From a virus: 64,000 nt of DNA. The notes under the pieces are model-generated. The model was not told where the DNA came from. It saw only the letters and a list, made by a program, of their open reading frames with translations, and did no database searches. The stretch lies in UHGV virus genome UHGV-0219032; one strand, written 5' to 3'. Made by a program: the position numbers and the translations under genes. Positions 26,786-36,106 of this stretch are shown piece by piece (position 1 is the stretch's first letter; each line of letters begins with the position of its first letter).

Positions 26786-29326
26786 TTAGAATGATTTTTC
26801 TTGAATACTCTCTGTAAAACCAACCTCAAATAATGTTCCAAATTCTCCATTAAATTGATAAATAGTTGGAACTATTTTTGCACCATATCTATTCTTAGGC
26901 AAAAAGAATACAAGATATTTTTTATTACTTTCTAGCTCTTTAAACTCTTTTACGTATTTTCCAGTTATTTCATCTTTTTTTATTTTAAATACTTTAATTT
27001 CATTCTTTTGACCTGGATATTCATCTGGGTATAACTCTCTTCCAGTTATTAAAATATCTAAAATTTCAACTATTTGTTTAGAGCCAGATAGACAAGATTC
27101 ATCATATATTCTTTTCATGTTTTGCTTTAAATATGATGCTATTTGATAAGATGCCATAACATGAACATTTAATTTTCTAGCTAACTCATATATATTTCTT
27201 GATTGCTGAACCAGTTTACCAACAGCAAGTTTATCTCCAGCATCTTCTGATTTCATGGTGTCTATTAAAAATTTAGTAAATCCCTTATGTGAGAATCTTC
27301 TCATAAGAATATTAAATTCAGCTATACTATATCTACTTACACAATATAAAACTAATTTATCATTATAAGTAACATCAATATATCTTTGAGCTTCGGCAAT
27401 TTTCATCATATATTCTTCATACTTTTCTTTTTCTTTTGTTTTTATCATATCCAATTCATTTAATTTTGTTCTGGTTAAATCATAATACTTTAAGTGTTTT
27501 GTTAATGTTCTTATTAATAACATATCCTTAAAATCATCTATTGCTGATTCATTGGAGTATATAAAAACTTTTTCTCCTTTATCTAAGAAATCTAACATAA
27601 TTTCATTATAGTTAATTGTAGTATTATGAGTTACAATCATATTATCTGTTAGGTATGTATGAGTTGGAGAATCAACCATTATACATTGCATTTCTTTTTC
27701 TCCAATATATTCTATGTTAGTTATAGCTAATAAATCTGTTCTTCTTTTTATCTTTCTATTTTGTGGAACTCTTGATTTATGTTTATCAGAATAAAATATT
27801 TCATCATAAGTTGAAATATTAACTATATAGCATTTTCCAAATTTATAATCTCTATTATCCTCTGTGTATGTTGCTCTATACCCCAATGTATGACACAATT
27901 GAATAATATCATCTCTTAACCTAATTGACGTGGTTGTTATGTTTTTATTCCCGCTGATAGAATTTACACAACCATCTGTATCGAATAATCCTCTTAATAA
28001 ATCCATTCTCTGCTCTATCGAACCACTCATGTACTCAATAGGTATAAATTTTTCATGACTTCCCAATCCGAAAACTTGCAATCTTTTTAACTCTCTAATT
28101 ATGTCATTTTTTAATGGGTTGGTCTGATTGCTAATATTATATGTATAGTTATTTGCATTATTTTTTGTAATTTTATAACCCATAGGTAATCTCTGTTTTA
28201 TTCTCTCAACAATATCTAACTCATTACAAGAAAATTCAATTCTAGTTTTTATACTTCCATCTCCTAATAGACAGCCAAAGATATATGGGTCTATAAAATA
28301 TTCTTTTTGTGTATATTGTAATGGTTTATTAACAGGAATAAAAGTCTGATATGTATTTCCAGATATAATTTTTCTTTTCATTATTTCTTTTAATGTTTGA
28401 ACTCTCCAATCATATTTCCCATTCTTTAATCTCCATAAATTATTATTTACCCATAAATGCTCATCACAACACTCGACAGTTGAGCCATCTTTGAATGTAA
28501 TTTTATATGATGGTTTCATACCCTGAGGGAATATTCCAGTTACATTATGAAGTTCTCCATTCATATCGTATATTTTATCGCCAATTTTAATATCTCCCAT
28601 TCTAACATAACCATTTTTCGTAAACACAAGACTATCAAGAGGTTGTGCTTTACCATTATTCGTTGGCATAGCCAACATAGACATATTACCATTGTGCATA
28701 CCTCTAGTAGCTTTACTAATTGAGAATAGATTATAAGACATTCCTCTACCGACACCATTAATTTTAGATTGTATATAATCATTATCTATTCTTAATATAA
28801 CAGGTTTAGTAGTGCTTACATCATTACAATCTCTAGCTGTTTCCAATGTATCTTCAATCTTAAAAATAATATCTTCCAACGATTTTGTTTCTATATCATT
28901 ATGTAACATACATATAGCTTCATACAATCCTCTATAAGTAGCTAATTTAGCATTAGCTTTCATTAATCCCTCAAAATGTGTTTCAAAGTTATTTGGAGAG
29001 AAATTTCTTCTTAAAGAATTTAAATGACCCATACCATTTAATGATATAAAATCATTTTTAAATTGTTCCCCTAATCTACTTAAAGCGGATTGTACACTAC
29101 CAGTATCAAATTCTGTTGCTTTATGATTATACATATCATTTAATAAATCATAATATGCTAAACCATCTTTTGTATGGAATAGATTTCTTCTACCTTGTAC
29201 CTCAACCATTAAAGATAAATCATTAACTAGAGTTCCTATTACTCTAGCTTCATGGTCTGGAATTTCACTACATAAATGTTGTGGGTATTCTATTTGCATA
29301 TTATTATACGTAAATGTTAAATTCAT
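26786..29326 (-). CDS. DnaB-like replicative helicase precursor containing an intein with LAGLIDADG endonuclease domain
   Basis: Extein Walker A LAMPTNNGK|...|TT (spliced PTNNGKTT). Insert has intein blocks and two LAGLIDADG motifs (YIFGCLLGDGS, RGLFDTDGCV). It ends MIVTHN followed by T. Confidence 0.65.
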   Translation of the reverse strand: MNLTFTYNNMQIEYPQHLCSEIPDHEARVIGTLVNDLSLMVEVQGRRNLFHTKDGLAYYDLLNDMYNHKATEFDTGSVQSALSRLGEQFKNDFISLNGMGHLNSLRRNFSPNNFETHFEGLMKANAKLATYRGLYEAICMLHNDIETKSLEDIIFKIEDTLETARDCNDVSTTKPVILRIDNDYIQSKINGVGRGMSYNLFSISKATRGMHNGNMSMLAMPTNNGKAQPLDSLVFTKNGYVRMGDIKIGDKIYDMNGELHNVTGIFPQGMKPSYKITFKDGSTVECCDEHLWVNNNLWRLKNGKYDWRVQTLKEIMKRKIISGNTYQTFIPVNKPLQYTQKEYFIDPYIFGCLLGDGSIKTRIEFSCNELDIVERIKQRLPMGYKITKNNANNYTYNISNQTNPLKNDIIRELKRLQVFGLGSHEKFIPIEYMSGSIEQRMDLLRGLFDTDGCVNSISGNKNITTTSIRLRDDIIQLCHTLGYRATYTEDNRDYKFGKCYIVNISTYDEIFYSDKHKSRVPQNRKIKRRTDLLAITNIEYIGEKEMQCIMVDSPTHTYLTDNMIVTHNTTINYNEIMLDFLDKGEKVFIYSNESAIDDFKDMLLIRTLTKHLKYYDLTRTKLNELDMIKTKEKEKYEEYMMKIAEAQRYIDVTYNDKLVLYCVSRYSIAEFNILMRRFSHKGFTKFLIDTMKSEDAGDKLAVGKLVQQSRNIYELARKLNVHVMASYQIASYLKQNMKRIYDESCLSGSKQIVEILDILITGRELYPDEYPGQKNEIKVFKIKKDEITGKYVKEFKELESNKKYLVFFLPKNRYGAKIVPTIYQFNGEFGTLFEVGFTESIQEKSF
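27623..28648 (-). mobile_element. intein (about 342 aa, begins with Ala; LAGLIDADG homing endonuclease domain) within helicase P-loop
   Basis: Boundaries inferred: AQPLDSLVFTKNGYVRMGDIKIGDKIY (N-terminal splicing block) to ...IVTHN|T. Confidence 0.6.
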
Positions 29327-29353
29327 TATATCACCTCATATTAGAAAAGGCTC

Positions 29354-29713
29354 TTATTGAGCCTTTATTTCCAATAATTTTTTATATATTTCTACCAATT
29401 TATCATCAAATTTTAACTTTTTAAATTCTTCAATAGATAAATCTTTTTCTGGTTCACAATAAGTTTTATTAATGTGTTCAATAAGTGCTTCTAATTTTTC
29501 AATATTATCTACATTAATAATTTTATCATCTTCTGTATGATTTAATATAGCTATAAAATCAATACCCATGCCAGTTCTACTTAAAATAACTTTACTTGTT
29601 CCATTTTCAATAATTTCTCTTAATCTTTCATAATCATTACATACAATGGTAACTAATTTTAAATCCTCTCTACCTTCAATATTTGAAAATTTTAAATCTA
29701 ATAATTTTTGCAT
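29354..29713 (-). CDS. hypothetical protein
   Basis: ORF only. Confidence 0.3.
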   Translation of the reverse strand: MQKLLDLKFSNIEGREDLKLVTIVCNDYERLREIIENGTSKVILSRTGMGIDFIAILNHTEDDKIINVDNIEKLEALIEHINKTYCEPEKDLSIEEFKKLKFDDKLVEIYKKLLEIKAQ

Positions 29714-29760
29714 AATTATACCTCCTAAGTTTTATTTTTATTATATCATATTTTTATATT

Positions 29761-30939
29761 TTATGCAACACATTCTTCTGTTTCTGAATCTTCATATAAT
29801 TTAACTTTTAATTCAAATCCTTTTATTTTACAATATTTCTTAATAAATGAATATTCTTCTTGATTTGGATTTCTATTATACATTCCTTTTATTTGAACAA
29901 TAGCATTATCACTTTCTCTATATTCCATTGTTATGAAAGATTCTTCTGGTTTTTCTCTCATAAATAAAATATGACATTTATTATCAATAACATGTTCTAT
30001 ATAACTTTTTACACAATGATGTAAATTTTCTCCTTCTTGTTTAACTTCATATGTTGTATATGGAATAGATACAAAATATTTTTTATCATTATATATAAAA
30101 TCTTTTTCAGTATATTTACTTCTAAATAAATTTTCATCATAAGTTTCCCTAAAAATACTATATTGTTTAGAAATTATATCATGATTTGATTTTAAATATT
30201 TTGGGTATTTTTCTATTGATTTAATAGATTTATATGTTCCATCTGATTTTCTAAGCATCTGTTTTTTCATTCTATAATAATCTATTAAAAAGCTAGTTGC
30301 ATTATCCCAATTTATATTTTCATATTCACGAATATAATTTAAATATTTAATTAAATGTATATGATTATAATTATATTCATTAATTAATCTTGATATACGG
30401 TGTACATAATCTTCATAATAATTAGACATAAAGTTTTCATTTAATTCAATATGAGCCATAACTATTTTATGAAATGTTTTATTATATATAGAATTAATAT
30501 CACTAAGTTGATAATTAATTTTACCTAAATATTTTAATATATTTTTAGGGCAATTTTCATATTCTTGACCTTCATAATGATATATTGAAAATTTAGTTAA
30601 TTGAGATAAATCAATACCATAAGACATTAATGATTCAAAATTCGAGTGATATTTTATTTTTGATAATAAATTACCTATACTATTAATGTTCCTTCCAGTT
30701 TGTCTACAATGTTTTCTTATTAATTTTAATAATTGATATAAAATTTTATCATTTTCAAATAATTTTTCAACTTCATAAATTCTCATATTTTTAAAATACA
30801 TAGCTAAACTTTTTCTTTGTTCATATTCTTTTTTTCCTTTTGGTATTACCCACATAGTTCCATCTTTTAAACTAAATTTTGCTTTACCTCTGTTTTCATC
30901 TTCAAAATATAAAATTCCATTTTCTTTTCTTAATTCCAT
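29761..30939 (-). CDS. PcfJ-like protein
   Basis: C-terminal EGENLHHCVKSYIEHV...ILFMRE...IVQIKGMYNRNP resembles the PcfJ family core (recalled, not searched). Confidence 0.35.
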   Translation of the reverse strand: MELRKENGILYFEDENRGKAKFSLKDGTMWVIPKGKKEYEQRKSLAMYFKNMRIYEVEKLFENDKILYQLLKLIRKHCRQTGRNINSIGNLLSKIKYHSNFESLMSYGIDLSQLTKFSIYHYEGQEYENCPKNILKYLGKINYQLSDINSIYNKTFHKIVMAHIELNENFMSNYYEDYVHRISRLINEYNYNHIHLIKYLNYIREYENINWDNATSFLIDYYRMKKQMLRKSDGTYKSIKSIEKYPKYLKSNHDIISKQYSIFRETYDENLFRSKYTEKDFIYNDKKYFVSIPYTTYEVKQEGENLHHCVKSYIEHVIDNKCHILFMREKPEESFITMEYRESDNAIVQIKGMYNRNPNQEEYSFIKKYCKIKGFELKVKLYEDSETEECVA

Positions 30940-31017
30940 TTTAATCTTCTCCTTATCTCACTTCCGACACAAATGATACAACAGAACATTTGAGGTCTCC
31001 GCTTTATTGATACTGTA

Positions 31018-31046
31018 ATTATACAACAAAAATTATTTTATGTCAA
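31018..31046 (-). promoter_or_regulatory. sigma70-type promoter (TTGACA-N17-TATAAT) for leftward operon
   Basis: Reverse complement ttgacataaaataatttttgttgtataat. Confidence 0.55.
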
Positions 31047-31337
31047 TATATTTTTTAAAATTATTTTATGACCTTTTAAAATCCATTTTAAAGAGTTTAT
31101 ATTTAATAGTAGACTAATTTATTATTGAAATGTTTGTAGGGGTGTTATCTTTGGGATAGTAAGGTGTCAGTTTAAATTTATGTGGTAAAATACTCCCGGA
31201 TTTTTTTACTTAAAATCAAAAATCTTTTCACAAAAAGTTTTTGCATTTTTAAGTGGAAATATTAGTTTTCTTTTAGTAATAATATTAGTATTGACAGCGT
31301 ATTACCTTGTCTATCTAAGGGAAAACGTGAAATCGGG

Positions 31338-31393
31338 TCACACTTAGTTACCAAAAATCACACTTAGTTACCTTTAAATCACACTTAGTTACC
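31338..31393 (+). repeat. three direct 15-bp iterons (tcacacttagttacc) spaced 20-21 bp
   Basis: Exact copies at 31338-31352, 31358-31372, 31379-31393, just upstream of the rightward promoter. Confidence 0.8.
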
Positions 31394-31421
31394 AAAGATA
31401 AAAAATACATAAATCATTATA

Positions 31422-31450
31422 TTGACAAAAATGTAATATTATGCTATAAT
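31422..31450 (+). promoter_or_regulatory. near-consensus sigma70 promoter: TTGACA-N17-TGcTATAAT (extended -10)
   Basis: ttgacaaaaatgtaatattatgctataat; drives rightward operon starting 31481. Confidence 0.65.
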
Positions 31451-31480
31451 AATTTTATAGAATAATATTGGAGGGAATAT

Positions 31481-31723
31481 ATGAGTAAAATTATTAAAAG
31501 AGTATTTAGCAAATCGAAAGCAAATGATTTAATTTCTATGGGTAATACTCTGTTAAAAACAGAAAAAGATTATATAAAACCAAAAAGAGAAATTTATATA
31601 TTTGAAAGAACTGATAAATTAATCAAAGATTTGTCCGCTCTTCATAATATATATATAAAAAATAAAACAATAGGAGTGCGAAATGAAAAATATAATAGTG
31701 GAAAATTATTTAACAATTCATAA
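31481..31723 (+). CDS. hypothetical protein (80 aa)
   Basis: First ORF after promoter, RBS ggaggg. Confidence 0.35.
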   Translation: MSKIIKRVFSKSKANDLISMGNTLLKTEKDYIKPKREIYIFERTDKLIKDLSALHNIYIKNKTIGVRNEKYNSGKLFNNS

Positions 31724-32498
31724 AGAATTAATAGGAAAACAAATTAATTTATCAAAACCAAATTCTATATTATTATTTATGGAAGTTTGTAGAATAAAAC
31801 AAATGGAGATTAAAGCATTACAAAATAATTTCCAAAAAAATATAGATAATGATTTAATAATTAATAAGAGTAGATTGGAAAATATAATTGATAAAGCATT
31901 AATAAAACAAAATATAAAAATTCAAAATCTTATTGATGATTTTAATAATGGCTCATACTTCATAAATAAAGATGGAGAGATTATTGAAATCATAGAATTT
32001 ATAAATTTTTATAAAAATACTGGAGAAATTGAAGTAGTATTTAATATGGAAAATTTTATAAAATATTTTATAAATATAAAAGACAATTTTACAAAATTAC
32101 CATTAGAATATTTTAAGGGGATTAAAAGTAAAAATGTTACTATGTTGTTAATGTATATAATGAAATATAGTAATGTGAAAAATGTATTTATACCAAATAG
32201 TGATTTATTATTTTTATTAAATATAAATAAAAATAATAAATTATCTCACTTGAATCAATCTATAAAAAGAGTCATAGAACAAATTAAAAAAATAAATTTA
32301 GATGAGTTAAAAAAATTAAATATAGAAAAGAATAAAAATAATAACTTTGATATTAAATTTTCTAGTTTTGAAATAAATATTATAATGGAAAATAAAAAAG
32401 ATATAATTATTAAAAAAACAGAAAATAAAAAAGATGAAAATTGCAATTTTACAGAGAGTGAATTAGCAATTTATACAGGAGGTTATAATGATAATTGA
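31683..32498 (+). CDS. hypothetical protein, candidate iteron-binding replication initiator (Rep_3-like?)
   Basis: Position directly downstream of iterons; N-terminus VENYLTIHKELIG...SILLFMEVCRI loosely resembles plasmid Rep N-termini. Weak. Confidence 0.25.
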   Translation: MKNIIVENYLTIHKELIGKQINLSKPNSILLFMEVCRIKQMEIKALQNNFQKNIDNDLIINKSRLENIIDKALIKQNIKIQNLIDDFNNGSYFINKDGEIIEIIEFINFYKNTGEIEVVFNMENFIKYFINIKDNFTKLPLEYFKGIKSKNVTMLLMYIMKYSNVKNVFIPNSDLLFLLNINKNNKLSHLNQSIKRVIEQIKKINLDELKKLNIEKNKNNNFDIKFSSFEINIIMENKKDIIIKKTENKKDENCNFTESELAIYTGGYNDN

Positions 32499-32790
32499 TT
32501 CAAAAATTAAAGGTGTTGTATGGATAAACAATTCAAAGAATAGCAAATATTCAAATGGTATTATTTATGCTACATGTGGAAAACAAATTAAATTTATTCA
32601 TTTTAAAGAGACAGATGATTTGTATGTCAATTTAAATAAAGAAGAAGATAAATATGATACTTATGTTGGAAAGGCTAAAATTTTTGGTTTTAAAAATAAA
32701 CTAAAAAATAAATTAACAAGTCCAGATTTCTACCTAACAAGAATAAGTATTGAGTTTATAGATGTTGGAAATATAGAGGAAGAAATATAA
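32488..32790 (+). CDS. hypothetical protein (100 aa)
   Basis: ORF with RBS aggagg. Confidence 0.3.
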   Translation: MIIDSKIKGVVWINNSKNSKYSNGIIYATCGKQIKFIHFKETDDLYVNLNKEEDKYDTYVGKAKIFGFKNKLKNKLTSPDFYLTRISIEFIDVGNIEEEI

Positions 32791-32878
32791 CTATTAATTA
32801 TAATATGTACTTGAATAGTAAATAAAATTATGATATAATTAATTTGCATTTATATTTTAGAAGAATAATATTCAAAGA

Positions 32879-32905
32879 ATTAAGAGAGAGAAATCTCTCT
32901 TTTTT
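32879..32905 (+). terminator. rho-independent terminator
   Basis: agagagagaaatctctct followed by ttttttc. Confidence 0.55.
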
Positions 32906-32960
32906 CTTTACTTTTAATATAAAATATGGTATAATATTGTAAAATATAGGAGGTATAAAT

Positions 32961-35522
32961 ATGGGATTAACAGAGGAACAAAAGCAAATATTAAGTTGCA
33001 CAAACAATGGTTTAATTATTGTAAATGCTCTAGCTGGAACAGGAAAAACAAGTACACTATTAGAATGGTGCAAACAAAAACCACATCTAAAAATACTATA
33101 TTTGGTCTTTGGCAAAGCTATGAGTGACGAGGCTAAAAAAATGTTTAAGGATTTAAAAAATGTTCATGTTAAAACTACTCATTCTTTGGCATTTAAAAGT
33201 TTTGGAGTTAAATATAAATCAAAATTAACTCAATCATATAGAGCAATAGATTGTATGAGAGATTTAGATTTGAATGGTGATTATGATACAGCTAATAGTG
33301 TATTATCATTATTTAATAAATTTTTATCTAGTGATAGTGATGATATATATAAATTTACACAAACTATACTTAGAGGATATGGAATTAGAAATGAACATAA
33401 AATTAATAGCTTATCTAAATTATGTGATAAGTTATGGAAAAAATCTATTGATTTAAATGATGACACTCAAGTAGTACATGATTTTTATTTAAAGTTATAC
33501 CAAATGTCAAAACCTAATCTTGGATTAGAATATGATGTTATGATGGTAGATGAGTGTGTACATGGTGATATGTATGTTGTTACAGATGAAGGAGATAAAA
33601 AGATAAGTGTATTACATGATAAATTTCAAAGTGGAAAAAATGTACCTAAAATTTTAAGTTATAATGAAAATCTTGGTATATATGAATATAAAGATATGAA
33701 TTTTTCAAAAGTTACACATAACAGAGAAATATTAACTATAAAAACAGAAGGTTTAAATATTATAAAAGTTACTGGAAATCACCCAATACTTACACAGAGG
33801 GGATATGTTGAAGCAGACCAATTAATATGTGGAAGTGATTATGTATTTTTAGATACACCACAAAACCAAAAAACAAAAATCGTATTAAATGACGACCAAA
33901 CACAAATAGTTATTGGTAGCTTTTTGGGAGATGGAACTATTGACAAAAGAAGTCAATATAATACTTATAGAGTGAGTTTTACACATGGAGAAAAACAAAA
34001 AAAATATTTAGAGTGGAAAACAAAAATGTTTAATATAGATGGTATAAAAAATATAAAAAGTGGATATACTGGTAAGAATAATATTTATCAAAGTAATCCA
34101 AGTAAAACATTTATCTTAAATGAAGATTTAATTAGATTATGTCATGATATGGATTCGAGAGCTTTGGCAATATGGTATATGGATGACGGTAGTTACTCAA
34201 ATGAAAGCGGTTGTTGTGCAATACATTCTAATGCTTTTGGAAAAGATGAACATTTATTGTTTCAATTTATATTAAAAAATAATTTTGGAATACATGCAGA
34301 AATTAGCATAACTAAAGGTTATTATTATTTACGTTTTAATAAATCAGAATCTCAAAAATTACTTATGTTAATTAAACCATACATGCACGAAGATTTATAC
34401 TATAAAAATCCATTATGTTATCATGATAATTTTCAAAAATATCAATGGAATAATAAATTTAAGGCATATGGTGGTAATTTCATTATATCAATAGAATCAT
34501 CTGAATATGGTGATGTTTATGATATAGGTGTAGAAGATAATCATAATTTCATTATAAAATCCACACCAAGTAAATGTAGTAGAAAAACAACTGGTGTTAT
34601 AGTTCATAATTGTCAAGACAGTACACTAACTATTAAAGGTATAATAGACTCATCAAAGGATAAATTAAAACAAGTGATACTCATAGGAGACCCACACCAA
34701 AGTATATTTCAATTTAGAAACTGTGTTAATTTAATTGAGATATATTCAAAAGAAGCTACAAATTATGATTTAACAGGAAGTTTTAGGGTAAATCAAAATA
34801 TAGCTAATATGTGTAATATGCTATTGGATATGTTTAAAAGAAAAAAAGTTCACATGAATGGATATAATAAAAATCAAAAAATATATTCTGATAAAGGTTT
34901 AAATTTTGAAAATATGCAAAGTCAATTCAACATTATAACTAGAACTAATGCAACTATATTGGCTCATGCCATAGAAGCATCTATGAGAGGTAAATGGCTT
35001 TATTTTGAAGGTGGATATAATAGTTATCCATTTCAATTTTATAAAGATTTATATTGGTTTAGAGCAACAAATCAAACATATAATAAGGAACTTAATAAAT
35101 TTAAAGATTGGGAAGAGTTACAACAATATGCAACTGAAGCTGATGATATAGAATTATTAACAGGAATAAAATTTATTAATATGTATTCAAGTAAAGTTGA
35201 TAGTTTACCTAATGCTATTGATAATGTAAAAAATTATGTTGTATCTAAGAGAGAACAAGCTAATTTCTGTTATTGTACAGCACATAAAAGTAAAGGTTTA
35301 ACTTTTGAAACACCAACATTAATTGAGAAAGATTTTCCTCATTTAATAGATTGGCAAAAAACAATGACTAATATTATATCTATGTCTCATATTTATCCAG
35401 ATGCTTTAGATAAATTTCTAAAAGATATTGAACAAGATGTAAACCTTGCATATGTAGCTATTACTCGTGCTAAGGGTGATATATATTTAAATGAAGATAT
35501 GGTTAAATTTTTTAATTTATAA
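32961..35522 (+). CDS. SF1 UvrD/PcrA-like DNA helicase precursor containing an intein with LAGLIDADG endonuclease domain
   Basis: Walker A NALAGTGKTSTL. Motif II split: MMVDE|C...intein...VHN|CQDS (spliced VDECQD). Intein has SFLGDGTIDK and LAIWYMDDGSYS motifs and a C-terminal block GDVYDIGVEDNHNF...VIVHN. Confidence 0.65.
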   Translation: MGLTEEQKQILSCTNNGLIIVNALAGTGKTSTLLEWCKQKPHLKILYLVFGKAMSDEAKKMFKDLKNVHVKTTHSLAFKSFGVKYKSKLTQSYRAIDCMRDLDLNGDYDTANSVLSLFNKFLSSDSDDIYKFTQTILRGYGIRNEHKINSLSKLCDKLWKKSIDLNDDTQVVHDFYLKLYQMSKPNLGLEYDVMMVDECVHGDMYVVTDEGDKKISVLHDKFQSGKNVPKILSYNENLGIYEYKDMNFSKVTHNREILTIKTEGLNIIKVTGNHPILTQRGYVEADQLICGSDYVFLDTPQNQKTKIVLNDDQTQIVIGSFLGDGTIDKRSQYNTYRVSFTHGEKQKKYLEWKTKMFNIDGIKNIKSGYTGKNNIYQSNPSKTFILNEDLIRLCHDMDSRALAIWYMDDGSYSNESGCCAIHSNAFGKDEHLLFQFILKNNFGIHAEISITKGYYYLRFNKSESQKLLMLIKPYMHEDLYYKNPLCYHDNFQKYQWNNKFKAYGGNFIISIESSEYGDVYDIGVEDNHNFIIKSTPSKCSRKTTGVIVHNCQDSTLTIKGIIDSSKDKLKQVILIGDPHQSIFQFRNCVNLIEIYSKEATNYDLTGSFRVNQNIANMCNMLLDMFKRKKVHMNGYNKNQKIYSDKGLNFENMQSQFNIITRTNATILAHAIEASMRGKWLYFEGGYNSYPFQFYKDLYWFRATNQTYNKELNKFKDWEELQQYATEADDIELLTGIKFINMYSSKVDSLPNAIDNVKNYVVSKREQANFCYCTAHKSKGLTFETPTLIEKDFPHLIDWQKTMTNIISMSHIYPDALDKFLKDIEQDVNLAYVAITRAKGDIYLNEDMVKFFNL
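33555..34610 (+). mobile_element. intein (about 352 aa, Cys1...Asn; LAGLIDADG) inserted in helicase motif II
   Basis: Starts CVHGDMYVVTDEGDKKISVL, ends TGVIVHN; +1 residue Cys. Confidence 0.6.
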
Positions 35523-35562
35523 TTGACATAACATTTTTCTCGTCAGTATTATGTGAAAGAGA
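35516..35562 (+). promoter_or_regulatory. 47-bp conserved promoter/leader element, copy 1 (TTGACA-N18-TATTAT)
   Basis: Identical to 41893-41939: tttataattgacataacatttttctcgtcagtattatgtgaaagaga. Confidence 0.55.
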
Positions 35563-35610
35563 TAAAATCTCTTTTAAATTTATCCGTTCTTTTTCTTTTG
35601 ACAACTCTCT

Positions 35611-35660
35611 TTTTGTTGGTGATGTTCGGATAGAGAAAATTTAAAACATCACCAACAAAA
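35611..35660 (+). repeat. perfect 16-bp-arm inverted repeat (ttttgttggtgatgtt / aacatcaccaacaaaa) with 18-nt loop
   Basis: Between promoter element and tRNA cluster; no flanking U-run. Confidence 0.6.
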
Positions 35661-35770
35661 AATTATTTGAAAAAATATTAAAATTATGATATAATAATTT
35701 TATAATAAAAAAGCCAAACACACACTTTAACTTATATAATTCTCTGATACTACTTTATGTAGTATCAAAA

Positions 35771-35846
35771 TGGGTTGTAGCTCAATAGGTAGAGCATTGG
35801 TCTGTTAAACCAAATGTAGAGGGTTCGATTCCCTCCAACCCAGCCA
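35771..35846 (+). tRNA. tRNA-Asn (GTT), CCA encoded
   Basis: Cloverleaf folded by hand. Acceptor tgggttg/caaccca, anticodon loop ctgttaa, T-arm gaggg-TTCGATT-ccctc. Confidence 0.75.
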
Positions 35847-35851
35847 AATAT

Positions 35852-35939
35852 GGTAGGTTATCCTAAATGGCTAAGGAGCTGGTCTTGAAAACCAGTAAAT
35901 GTGAAAGCATGTAAGAGTTCGAGTCTCTTACCTACCTCC
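35852..35939 (+). tRNA. tRNA-Ser (TGA), long variable arm, CCA encoded
   Basis: Acceptor ggtaggt/acctacc, anticodon loop cttgaaa, long extra arm, T-loop TTCGAGT. Confidence 0.7.
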
Positions 35940-35943
35940 ATAA

Positions 35944-36032
35944 TATGTAGTTGGTGGAATTGGAATACACGTGGTGCTTAGAACACCATTCTTAAAAAGA
36001 TTGAGAGTTCAAATCTCTCACTACATACCAAT
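35944..36032 (+). tRNA. tRNA-Leu (TAG), long variable arm, CCA encoded
   Basis: Acceptor atgtagt/actacat, anticodon loop cttagaa, T-arm gagag-TTCAAAT-ctctc. Confidence 0.7.
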
Positions 36033-36034
36033 AG

Positions 36035-36106
36035 ATGTGTAGTTTAATGTAAAACATCAGACTCCAAATCTGAAAGTTATGGGTTCGAGTCCTATCGCAT
36101 CTGCCA
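36035..36106 (+). tRNA. tRNA-Trp (CCA), CCA encoded
   Basis: Acceptor agatgtg/cgcatct, anticodon stem tcaga/tctga with loop ctccaaa, T-loop TTCGAGT. Confidence 0.7.

Noticed and set aside
31040-31337. Possible small ncRNA in the divergent intergenic region
   Set aside because: Some weak stem-loops (e.g. ttatctttgggataa) but no promoter-terminator pair defining a discrete transcript. Left as unassigned regulatory DNA.
32828-33115. 95-aa minus-strand ORF
   Set aside because: Overlaps the promoter, RBS and conserved N-terminus (Walker A) of the UvrD-like helicase on the opposite strand; low-complexity translation. Likely spurious.
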